Below, in pieces: positions 1-11,026 of a stretch of 64,000 bases of DNA (its first letter is position 1; each line of letters starts with the position of its first letter). The notes under the pieces are model-generated. The model saw only the letters and a program-made list of their open reading frames with translations, was not told the DNA's origin and searched no databases. The DNA comes from Macrostomum lignano. Taxonomy: Eukaryota. The position numbers and the translations under genes are program-made. The stretch covers positions 248,001 to 312,000 of the forward strand of contig NIVC01000027.1 in NCBI GenBank assembly GCA_002269645.1, read 5' to 3'.

Positions 1-640
1 TGATCTAGAGACTTACAATCCTGATCTAGAGACTTACAATCCTGATCTAGAGACTTACAATACTGATCAAGAAACTCAATCCTGATCTAGTGACTCACAA
101 TCCTGATCTAGAGACTTACAATCCTGATCTAGAGACTTACAATCCTGATCTAGAGACTTACAATACTGATCAAGAGCCTCACAATACTGATCTCAGAGAC
201 TCACAATCCTGATCTAGAGACTTGCAATCCTGATCTAGAAACTCAATCCTGATCTAGAGACTTACAATCCTGATCTAGAGACTTACAATCCTGATCTAGA
301 GACTGACAATCCTGATCTAGAGACTTACAATCCTGATCTAGAGACTTACAATTCTGATCTAGAGGCTTACAATCCTGATCTAGAGACTTACAATACTGAT
401 CAAGAGCCTCACAATACTGATCTCAGAGACTCACAATCCTGATCTAAAGACTTACAATCCTGATCTAGAAACTCAATCCTGATCTAGAGACTTACAATCC
501 TGATCTAGAGACTTACAATCCTGATCTAGAGACTTACAATCCTGATCTAGAGACTCACAATCCTAATATAGAGACTTACAATCCTGATCTAGAGACTTAC
601 AATCCTGATCTAGAGACTTACAATCCTGATCTAGAGACTC
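1..640. repeat. 21-bp tandem minisatellite (AATCCTGATCTAGAGACTTAC), about 30 slightly diverged units, truncated by window start
   Basis: Unit repeats visibly from base 1 to about 640. Confidence 0.95.
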
Positions 641-752
641 AGTAACAATAACACTCATAATATTTTTCTGAAAACTCAATTCTGACCTAATCTAGAAACA
701 ATCCTATCATTCACAATAACCTATTTTAATTAGATTACTGTTTTCCTGCTGA

Positions 753-2885
753 ATGATGAGTAACCCTTTGGATTCCGAAGACGAAGATTTAATGGACAGT
801 TGGTCGCCTTTAAAAAAAGAATTTCAAGCCGCTTCGCTGTTCGTTCGAAGCGCAACTGGCAACTTGAAGCCTGACGAACTGCTGTATCTTTACGCCAGAT
901 ATAAGCAGGTAATATTTTTTAGCTATAAAATGCGTTTTCTTCTACTTATTTTAGTAGGAAAAACGCATTTTTTAGTTTTAAACAGTTCAAAACTTTAAAT
1001 CTTTAGGCTCTGGACGGACCTTGCAATATTCCGAGGCCTGGATTTTTCGATTTTCAAGGCAAACAGAAATGGTAAGATTTTTTAAGGAGACTTTAGATAA
1101 TAGATATCCAGTGATGCTTTTATAAGTATAATAAGTACTTTTAAATGGGTTTTTAGTCCCCGGAACAGTCTGAATTATATTTAAAATCTTTAGTAGTTTT
1201 TAAAAAACAAGAGTTACCCGATAGAATCTAGTCTGAGTTTAGAGATGTCCAATATCGTAGATATTGACTGAGATTAGAGATATTGACTGAGATTATAGAT
1301 ACCCAGTATAGATATTGACTGAGATTAGAGATATCCAATGTAGATATTAACTGAGATTAGAGATACCCAATGTAGATATTAACTGAGATTAGAGATACCA
1401 AATATAGATATCCACTGAGATTAGAGATACCCAATGTAGATATCAACTGAGATTAGAGATACCCAATGAAGATATCAACTGAGATTAGAGATACCCAATG
1501 AAGATATCAACTGAGATTAGAGATACCCAATGTAGATATCAACTGAGATTAGAGATACCCAATGAAGATATCAACTGAGATTAGAGATACTCAATAAAGA
1601 TATCCACTGAGATTAGAGATACCCAATGAAGATATCAACTGAGATTAGAGATACCCAATGTAGATATCAACTGAGATTAGAGATACCCAATGAAGATATC
1701 AACTGAGATTAGAGATACCAAATATAGATATCAACTGAGATTAGAGATACCCAATGAAGATATCAACTGAGATTAGAGATACTCAATAAAGATATCCACT
1801 GAGATTAGATATACCCAATGAAGACATCAACTGAGATTAGAGATACCCAATGAAGATATCAACTGAGATTAGAGATACCCAATGAAGATATCAACTGAGA
1901 TTAGAGATACCCAATGAAGATATCAACTGAGATTAGAGATACTCAATAAAGATATCCACTGAGATTAGAGATACCCAATGAAGATATCAACTGAGATTAG
2001 AGATACCCAATGAAGATATCAACTGAGATTAGAGATACCCAATGAAGATATCAACTGAGATTAGAGATACCCAATGAAGATATCAACTGAGATTAGAGAT
2101 ACCCAATGTAGATATCAACTGAGATTAGAGATACCCAATGAAGATATCAACTGAGATTAGAGATACGGATAAAATAGTACTGAGACTTGATAAATCCAAT
2201 AGAAATCAGTTATTAATTATCAAGTGACGTAGCAACTAAAATGTATAAATATCACAACAGGGACGCTTGGCACTCGTTGGGCCAAATGCCGACAGAAACG
2301 GCCATGTCAGAGTACGTAGCCTTTGTCAGCGATCGTTTTCCTGATTGGTCTTCTTCTGATAAAAAATTTGGCAAAGACAGCGGCGCTGGCGGTGCAGCAT
2401 TTGGCGCCAGAGTCAGCACAATGACGGCGCTAGGCAGTGTCGAAGGCGACAACGATGTTGAACATGACGATAAAATTGATAAAGAAATCTTGCAAGCTTT
2501 CACTTTGTTTAAATCAGACGGTTTAACCGAACGAGTTCGGGCACTGTTAAAAAGCAAGCCGGAATTGGCAAAATCTAGCGCAGACTCTGCTGGTCAGACT
2601 CTGTTGCATTGGGCAGCTGATCGAGCTGATGAAGCAGCCTGTAGGGAATTGCTGAAGCTGGGATCTGATCCTAATAGACCGGACTGTGACGGTATGACTC
2701 CGTTGCACACAGCCGTAGCCTCTACACAATCAATCGAATCCGTTAAGACTGTAGTCGCATTGTTGCTGGCTTCTGGTGGACAATTCGACATCTCAGTTGA
2801 GGACGAGTCTGAGACCGTCAAGCCTGAGGATCTAACTGATAATGCCGAGATTTTGGCTCTGTTGTCGCAAGCTGCAGTTGGTTAA
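753..2885 (+). CDS. ACBD6: Acyl-CoA-binding domain + ankyrin repeat protein (ACBD6-like); exons 753-908, 1007-1071, 2261-2885
   Basis: GT-AG splicing joins ...LLYLYARYKQ|ALDGPCNIPRPGFFDFQGKQKW|DAWHSLGQM..., matching the ACBP motif (YKQA..GPCN..PG.FDF.G..KW.AW). The C-terminus has ankyrin motifs (GQTLLHWAADR, GMTPLHTAV). Intron phases are consistent (0, 2). Confidence 0.92.
1250..2165. repeat. 32-bp minisatellite (GAGATTAGAGATACCCAATGAAGATATCAACT) in ACBD6 intron 2
   Basis: Period 32 (e.g. TATCAACT at 1441 and 1473); lies within intron 1072-2260. Confidence 0.95.
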
Positions 2886-3344
2886 ACTACTCATGAATAC
2901 ATTGAAAATTGTCACTAAGTAACTTCTCCAGGCTGATCGTGTTTATGGATTTGGAGGCAGGCAATCAATGAAATTCCGTCTGGAATTTCGCATAGTCTAT
3001 GGTCCAAGCAGTGTTCAGTTCGATGGAGTGTATGATTTCTGAGAAACAAAAATTAACAATTTGTTAGCAACTAAATGTTACATGTGGAGTGACCTTAATA
3101 GCAAAACTAATTGTCACTTTGGAAGTTCAGTTGAACTTTTAGTCTCGTTAGTATTGTTCAAGCTGTTTCAGTTTCAGCTCATTGAGCTGTCCGGAATTTC
3201 CCCCTCCAAAAAATTTGCTGCTTAGGTCTTCCAGATATTGACTTGCTAATTCAGTAAGTAACCCACGCTGGCTCTTCCGTTGATAAGTCAAAGACATTTG
3301 ATAGGCATATTGCTTCAGTTTAAAATTCTTTGGACGTAGTAAGC

Positions 3345-4115
3345 AGACTTTTGTATCGCTTTCGATGATCTAAATGGGAATTTGGACAATCAAAACGGCA
3401 CGCCATATGCATTCAAACCAGGCCACAAACTCGGGCTGCTTGGGACTACACAACCAATCAACCATACCATGTAAAATGGACAATCAATATGGGAAAAAGC
3501 CATTCAAAACGGTAATTCGCCCAATTTAGTGTTTTTTTATATCCCAGGGCCACTGGATATATTTAAAAGTGAAAAATTCAGACATTTTTAGCGTCAGGAA
3601 AGAACTTTCTTTAAGTTTCTCAACCAAGAATTCTCTCATTTCCTGACCGGCTTTGCACAATCCTTCTTTCGGATCACCGCGAGGAAGGGATTCCACTCTG
3701 CCATCGAGTCGAAAGCTGGCAGCGCTTTGAAAGGCGGTTGTTTTCTTGATTTGCAAGATTCTTGCAGCTCCTGTAATGTATGACCTTTGTTCAATCGCAT
3801 CAGTCAGCCGCTGGCGATCTGCTACAGGAATTGGTGGCGCCATTGAATGGGGTCGCTTTCAGGCCAAAGACGAGCAAACATAGGGAAGGGACGGACAGAG
3901 AGCTGTAAAATCTCAGTCCGATTCCCGTTTTGAAAGGCTTTCTCCCATATTGAATGTCCAAAGTTATAGTCTATGGCCAAGCCTCCCTCAGTAGACTTTG
4001 CTAAACTGCTTCAGTCCATGACTAGGGTGTGATCTGCGGCCTGGCTTGAATGTCTATGGCGTTCCGTTTTGATTGTCCGAATTCCCATTTGGACCGTCAT
4101 AAGTGATAACAAAGC
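3345..4115 (-). mobile_element. Non-autonomous Tc1/IS630-like element: long imperfect inverted repeats around a truncated transposase N-terminus (3526-3843)
   Basis: 3371-3424 is the imperfect reverse complement of 4039-4091, and about 3479-3520 of about 3920-3960. The ORF DRQRLTDAI...ILQIKKTTA...RG...EMREFLVEKLKESSFLTL aligns by eye with the HTH N-terminus of the transposase at 54393-54620. Confidence 0.7.
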
Positions 4116-5294
4116 TCTGTATCGTCACTTCCCTAGATTAAAGCAAACAAGCGTTTCTCCAGAACCTTCTTGTGAAATTAAATCTATGGCTCAACTCTTT
4201 CCCCATCAGCGAATCAAAGACATACTTGACCAAAGACATTCTCTGCTCAACTCCAACTCCAAAGACACAAGTAACTAACTAAAGCAGCTAGATGAATATT
4301 GAAAAAAATTGAAGTTTGCTTTTAAAAACTTGTGCTACAAATTACGAGCGTATTTTTGTGTTAACTTGTAGACAAAAAGATTAGGTTTTATATTGTTATA
4401 TACAAACTTTTCGGTTGTGTAATGACGCAAGCAAGTTTTAACGGAATTTTTTTCTACTCCGTGTGGAGATTGTTTAAATCTTGGAACTAGTGACTGTTAA
4501 GAGTTTTGAGAAAATATATAAAGTTTTCAATTTAAAAAAAATATGCATTGCTTCAAGGTTATATACAGTTTTACAAGGGTATCATTTAACTATGATTTAA
4601 CATTAGATAGTGCAAAATATAATGAAAATTTGCAATGGCATTTTATTCTGAATTCTACTGTTAGTTACTGTTGTTATATTTGCAAGTCTTTCCTTATTTG
4701 CGTTACTTGTATATTAATTTAATTGACTAATAAGTTTGAATTAAAAATATACGAGCGTACTTTAAAGTTACTTACTGCTTGCGCAGATAGTCTTATTGTT
4801 GCTGCTTCTGTTTTGAATTCAGTGTAGCTTAATCTATATATCTTTAGCGTCAATATTTATATATTTCTTTTTCCCCCGTTTTTGTCAGTGCGCTTGTTCG
4901 AGTTCAAGTTCAAGTGGGCCATCGCACCCAAGTTCGAGTCCAAGTTCGTGCTGCAGTGGATAACTATCAGTGCTTTATAATAGCGTTAGCAATTGACATA
5001 ACTGATAATGATTGTTGCTGTCTGAAGCTAGCTACTCTAACTGCGAGTACCTTAGGAGCGCCTTGAGTGAGATAGCAGTTTGATTACAGTTTGATAAAAT
5101 GTTTCCAAACCATTTTTTTTATTTTTCAAAGTCTTTAAATTGGAGCCCTCTGCCTTTTGCTCTTTTGCTTGCTGCAAGACTCGATACGGAGACGGCTTAA
5201 AATTTGTCGGACAATTTTGACCGAACTTGAGTTCGGCGAATAGTTCATTATAATAAACAGTCAGCTTCTCTGTGGTATTTAGATCAGCCACAAG

Positions 5295-6938
5295 ATGCAC
5301 CGGTCGTCATTAGAAAACGCCAGGCGAAGCAACGGTAGTTTAAACGTACTCGAAGACGCTCGTCGGCGTCGAAAGTTTCTACACGACAAGCATTCGATTC
5401 TGGAGCTGTTGGATTCACAGCTGACTGGCTTGATTGACAGAGCGTCAACGGAGCTTAGGACGTCATTGGTAGATGCACCTGCGAGTTCAGAAACCGCTCG
5501 CATGACGTCACTAGACTCCTTAGCCGCTCTCGACGCCAATATTAGTTACCAGGCTAAAAATAATCGTCAAGGCAAGAATGCTGACGATTTGTCAGTTGAA
5601 CAGCGTCTGCCTCCGAAAACCTTTCACTTGCGCAATAGTCTACTAACTGAGCTGTTTGAACTGGCGCATTTTCGCAGTTTGCAAAACATCTTCATTGCAA
5701 TAATGTCGCTGTTCTGTTTAAATACGCTTATCTCGGACGTTCTAGAAGGTAAATCCTTGATCGACACATTCTCCTTGTCGCTAGTGTTCTGGGCATTCGG
5801 TCGGCTATCCGACGCTATAGCAATCTGGCTGTTGATGCACGCGGCTGCTTTGCTAGTTTTTTATCCGGCTTTTCACTACTATGTAAGCATTGCTGGCACT
5901 AAAGGTCATAGTCGGATTAGTAAGTCTATGTGGATGATTGCTTACTCAGTTTATCAGCTATGGTTTCTAGTGCAGCCGATTCGTATGGTTCTGCAGTTTG
6001 AATTGCTGCCCGCCTCTGCTCTAATAGTACTAACCGAACAGGCTCGCCTAATGATGAAGGTTCACGCTTTCCTTTGGGAGAATGCACGTCGTGGTTACTA
6101 TTCGTCGACTGGTAGTTGTAGCGCAACCGCTTCTGATAGTTCTTCGTCAACTGCTAGTCTGACGCCTCGTTGTCCTAGCTTCGGTCGGTTCTTGTACTTT
6201 TTATTCGCCCCAACTCTGGTTTATCGGGATAATTATCCGCGAACTGATCACATCCGATGGAACTACGTGGCCTCTAATCTTGGTCAAGTTGTTGCCGGAA
6301 TATTCTTTGTCTACCTGTTGGTGCTTCGCTACTATCGACCAGTGTTTAGCCATTGGCGTAGGCCCAGTCTGGCTCATTTTGTTCGCACAGCATTCCAATC
6401 GGCTCTACCTGGCGGCCTAGTACTGCTAATCACATTCTTCACTGTTCTGCACTCGTGGATGAACGCTTTCGCGGAAATGCTTACATTTGGCGATAGACAG
6501 TTTTACTGCGATTGGTGGAATGCTACGTCGTTTAGAACTTGGTACCGAACTTGGAATACCGTTGTACACGATTGGCTATACGCCTATGTGTATCGCGAGA
6601 TCTGCATGCTGCTTGGATACGAATATCGTCTGTTAGCAACCGTCTGCGTGTTCCTCCTGTCGGCCATCTTCCACGAAATTGTAATTTCCTTCGGTTTAGG
6701 CTTCTTCTTTCCGGCATTATTTGTCTCATTTTGCAGTTTCGGATTTGCGCTAATGTTTGCCAACGGTCGCTCCCGTTTCTGGGCTGTATTTGTCTGGGTT
6801 TGCCTGTTTCTTGGCACAGGCGTGCTGATGTGTCTGTACAGCATGGAGTGGTATGCAAGACGGAATTGTCCTACTAAGTATGCGGACAGGCCGCTGCTTG
6901 ATTTTTTAATCCCAAGGTCATTTACGTGTGTCGTGTAG
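5295..6938 (+). CDS. SOAT1: Sterol O-acyltransferase (SOAT/ACAT, MBOAT family), single exon, 547 aa
   Basis: Contains FLFAPTLVYRDNYPRT, HSWMNAFAEMLTFGDRQFYCDWWNATSF (FYxDWWN motif) and the catalytic His in SAIFHE, with multiple TM segments. Confidence 0.95.
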   Translation: MHRSSLENARRSNGSLNVLEDARRRRKFLHDKHSILELLDSQLTGLIDRASTELRTSLVDAPASSETARMTSLDSLAALDANISYQAKNNRQGKNADDLSVEQRLPPKTFHLRNSLLTELFELAHFRSLQNIFIAIMSLFCLNTLISDVLEGKSLIDTFSLSLVFWAFGRLSDAIAIWLLMHAAALLVFYPAFHYYVSIAGTKGHSRISKSMWMIAYSVYQLWFLVQPIRMVLQFELLPASALIVLTEQARLMMKVHAFLWENARRGYYSSTGSCSATASDSSSSTASLTPRCPSFGRFLYFLFAPTLVYRDNYPRTDHIRWNYVASNLGQVVAGIFFVYLLVLRYYRPVFSHWRRPSLAHFVRTAFQSALPGGLVLLITFFTVLHSWMNAFAEMLTFGDRQFYCDWWNATSFRTWYRTWNTVVHDWLYAYVYREICMLLGYEYRLLATVCVFLLSAIFHEIVISFGLGFFFPALFVSFCSFGFALMFANGRSRFWAVFVWVCLFLGTGVLMCLYSMEWYARRNCPTKYADRPLLDFLIPRSFTCVV

Positions 6939-7430
6939 CTAACGGACTATGCTGTTGTTGTTTCTTAGACAGCTAATGTAGCCTTAAGACTTGATTGTTA
7001 GAGAACCACATTATAGCAAAGTTATTGCACTGTATCATGCTCTAAGTGGGGGGTCGGCAAATTTAATTTAATTTTTTATTTCAAAGGCCAGATAACCCAG
7101 TGGTTAGAAAAATTGGGGCGTACCCTCTAGGCCGGCGCCCCGGCGGCCCTCAAGGGTACGCCCCATCCCGCAAGATAAAAGTTTGTAGGTTTTCTTCTTT
7201 GTACGTATGAAATATTTTTGTGAGGAAATTATGTAAAGAGCAGAATTTTTAAAGTTGATTTTTTTAGTTTCGGGTGTTTTTGTGCTCAAACCTGACAGTA
7301 CGCCTTTCAGTACGTGCAGTGGACAGTGGGGCGAACTATTGATATCCTTATTAATTATTTTCTTGTATAATGAGCTCATTATTTATTTGCATTGACCAAT
7401 CCTCATACTACAGCTAACTTGAACTTTTAA

Positions 7431-8365
7431 CCCTTTGAGCAGCCATCTCTTTGAAAAAATTGCTGCAAGCTCCAAAGTGGGGTATAGGCGACTCGTGCAA
7501 ATTTTTCTGAGTTTCATACACTTCAGAAATTGGATGTGAACGCAAAAGTGTGCGTTTTAGCCTACCTACTTATAAGTAATACCTTTTGATCTTCGAAATT
7601 AACGCAACAAAAAATATATTTTTTAATACTCCACTACTTAAGCACCAGCGCATGTACAATTTTGCTTGTATTCTTAAGTTTTCATTTAGATGAGTCCGAT
7701 TTGGTGGTCAATTCAGGATTTTTAAAGTAGTGGGGGCAGATTTGCCCAAATTTTTGTTTTGGCCTAAAAAGCCAAAGTAAGCTCAAAATTTACCCCCCTT
7801 ATATGCAAGTCTAGCCATGGCAAAGGGGGCGGCCGCCGGGTCTACTACATCTACGAGTACATTTGACCGCCACAATTTGATCGCCGTTCTATTCAAGGTG
7901 AAATAGGGCGGCGGGCAAATTGTCTGGCGGGCAAATTGTCTGGCGGGCAAATTGTCTGGCGGGCAAATTGTCTGGCGGGGAAATTGTCTGGCGGGCAAAT
8001 TGTCTGGCGGGAAAATTGTCTGGCGGGAAAATTGTCTGGCGGGCAAATTGTCTGGCGGGCAAATTGTCTGGCGGGCAAATTGTCTGGCGGGCAAATTGTG
8101 GCGGTCTCCGCTGTCGGTCTCCCGCGGCCGCGCCCCCCCCCCCTTGGATAGTGGCGTAAACAAATACTCATTTCAAAGTTTTACATGTAAGTAGGCGGCA
8201 TACCCTTGCACAAGGTTGCATAATTATTTGAAAGCCGTATGCTTGTATGGGGTGGACAGTTGACAGTCAAAATGCCTATATCTACATGTACCTCCATACA
8301 GTAATACTTTTCCTATTAAACAACAGGTAAGGTCAAAGATAACATATGCGTATGCTAGCAAAGGT
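7431..8365. mobile_element. Possible non-autonomous piggyBac-type element
   Basis: TTAA|CCCTTTG at 7427-7437 and CAAAGGT|TTAA at 8359-8369. TIR similarity is short and imperfect. Confidence 0.4.
7865..8106. mobile_element. MITE with 15-bp perfect TIR and internal 16-bp tandem array (GGCGGGCAAATTGTCT)
   Basis: GACCGCCACAATTTG (7865-7879) and CAAATTGTGGCGGTC (8092-8106) are inverted; about 11 internal 16-bp units. Confidence 0.75.
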
Positions 8366-8499
8366 TTAAAATTTTCATAATTAATTGTACGGTACAATGC
8401 GATAGCAAAACAAACTAATCTTAGATGCAGCTATTATCTAGAGTCTCGATTTATCTTCCAGAATTTTAGAGAAATACAACTAGGACAGGGGAAATCCCG

Positions 8500-8646
8500 G
8501 AAAATCAATCAGGTTTGCCAAGCTGTATTAAAGGGGGACCAAGCGCATTTTTACCAAAATACAGAGCCACCCCTCCGCCCCCTTGGGTCTTTACCCTTCA
8601 GAATCCGCCCCCCCCCCCACATAAGAAATTTCTGCTTGCGCCACTG
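8500..8646 (-). mobile_element. Partial inverted copy of the CAGTGGCGCAACC MITE family
   Basis: 8520-8646 resembles the reverse complement of 8991-9110 and ends in TTGCGCCACTG. Confidence 0.6.
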
Positions 8647-8782
8647 CTAACAGTTCAAGTAATTCTGGAGAGCACAGAGTGCTGTCTAGAGAAGCTGTTC
8701 AGGCTTGGCACAACGCGCCCGCCAAAATTTTGTTAATGTCAAGTGTCAACTTTTGCTCATTGTAATGTTCGAAATTCCTTGC

Positions 8783-9375
8783 CAGGGATTGGCTAACTAT
8801 TTTACTTTAAGTGCCAGATAGAGAATCTAGCTCAAGACTGCGGGCCAGAAGGAGGAGAGTGGAGGGGAGAGGGGAGAGATGTGAGATGTGAGAGCAGGGA
8901 AGAGAGGAGAGAGGCGAGATGAGAGAAAGAAGGGAGATAAGGGGAGAGAGGAGAGAGGCGAAAGGAGAGATGTCAGAGGAAGGGAGCAAGCAGTAGCGCA
9001 ACCAGAAATTTTTTGAGGGGGGCGGATTCTGGAAGGTAAAGTCCCGTGAGGGGGGGGCGGAGGGGAGGCTCTGTTTTTGGCGAAAATTCGCTTGGTCCCC
9101 CCTTTAATTTTTTCTGAGTCTCCGCCTAAGGGGGGGGGACCGCCCCCCCCGCCCCCCCCCCCTGGTTGCGCCACTGGGAGCAAGGAAAGAGGGGAAAGGA
9201 GGAGAGAGGGGAGATTTTGATGAGAAAAGAAGAATTTAGCAAAAAAGCTGAGAAGAGATGCAAACCTTGAGCGGGCTGGATTGTTATTGGCATGGGAAGT
9301 TAGAAAGGACCCGAGGGCCGGATAGAGAGACTGCGGGCCGCATGTGGCCCGTGGGCTGGAGTTTGCTGACCCCTG
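8783..9375. mobile_element. hAT-like MITE with purine-rich core (same family as 7048/17916)
   Basis: Ends CAGGGATTGGCTAACT and AGTTTGCTGACCCCTG. Shares AGAATCTAGCTCA.GACTGCGGG and AAACCTTGAGCGGGC...AAAGGACCCGAGGGCC with 17533-17899. Confidence 0.7.
8991..9176. mobile_element. 186-bp hAT-type MITE with 8-bp TSD
   Basis: TIRs CAGTAGCGCAACCAG and CTGGTTGCGCCACTG; identical GGAGCAAG at 8983-8990 and 9177-9184. Confidence 0.88.
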
Positions 9376-11026
9376 CAGCCTGCAGTAGGCTATGCATGAC
9401 GGGCCCAGTTAAGTGCATAATGGCAAATAAGAGACATGGGAGATTGGAGATAGGAGACTGTCTCCCCTGTCTCCCCTTCATCTATCTCCCCGATTACGAG
9501 TAGGGCACAGTCACTCAGTCACATTTTGATACATAGACATAGATATTTTCTCAGTTTTCATATTCATAGGCGGTCAGAGCTCAAATGGGACAGGTCATGA
9601 ATAAATTACAATCTAACCCCCGCCTTGTCATTTTTCCGGATGAATAAATCCACTGAATCATAAAGGTTTCAAAGTGCATTTGCGTTCTCATGACAGTTTT
9701 TTGCCACTCAATTATTCTAGTCTTACTGAATCCCCGAGTTAACAGAAAATTATAGCTCGGCGCACGTCCGCCAGCTTGAATATTCTCGCTATATTGTTCT
9801 CTATTTGCGATCGTCTTTTACAACCCGACATCAATAAAACCCGTGTGGGCTTTATCTCTCATTAACAGAAATCTCTCATCAATTATAGCCTGTATAAAGC
9901 TCACTCATTTAGAGTTGCTCTTAGAAAAATGTTTTGAATTTCCTGGCCAGTGGCAATAACCCGTAATGACAGGGCAATGCAAGGAATTATTTTAACCTAG
10001 AGGTGACAGCTAATTTTGGCCAATTCATTTCAGTTGGGGTGGGGGGTCAGAAGAAAGGCTAGAGAAGTGATATGGGAATTTATACGTTGTACCGTTCTTG
10101 CCTGCTTAAGCGAACCTATGCGAAACAAACAAACTGTCCTGACTCCTTATCAGTGCAGGTCATCAAGTTTTTTCTATTCCCATATTGCACCAAAGATAAA
10201 GGAAGAACAAAGACGAATTTCGTGCGAGGCTTGACAAGGTCTGAACTATATATATATATATATATTTTATAAGTTACAACCTAGCATAAACACATAAATA
10301 CTTTGATACGGAAAGTATTGATTCGATCTGACCTAAAATAGGTGCCAGCAAAAGAAAGAAAATATTCATAGCATTTTATATGTGCTTAAAAGTAAAACCA
10401 GATGGTAACAGATGGAAATTGCAGTTGTGCAGCTAGTTGATTATTATCAATGGGATAAGTAAAATATTACAAAAATTCTGTTGGCTTGAATTGGAGGTAG
10501 GAATACTGTATACAATACCATTAGTATTTCATATACTGGGGTTTAAGAAAATAAATCCCCCATTTCAGCCGCATCACCTCCCACTAAGTTTCCGGCCCCT
10601 CCACCCCTCCTACACAGTTTTGAGCTAAATTACCCCTCCGGCCTCTATAACACCGAATTTTAAGCTGTACCTAATTCTAGTGTTCAAGAATGTAAACAAT
10701 AAAGATAGAAGCAATATAATCAGTCTCTAAAATAACTCCAGTTCATGAATGACCGATCGCCAGGCTTGTAGTAAACTCGTGAAACTGCGGATCCTAAAAG
10801 TAAAGATAAAATGGCAGTTTGCGATCGAGTATGCATCGTAATATACTAATATTTAACTCACAATCTACAATCATGTCTGCGTGTTGAAGCTGAGAACATA
10901 TTCAGGAAGAAATTGCATAATTGCAGAATACAGGGAATACGAGAATCGAGATAGAAGGAAATCGGATTGATATAAAAAACAGAGAAAGATATTTTTAGTA
11001 CTCACTTGCGACTCACGCGTCCTACA

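Noticed and set aside
909-998. C-terminal part of the 81-aa ORF 753-998
   Set aside because: Read-through into ACBD6 intron 1; splicing at 908/1007 restores the ACBP motif.
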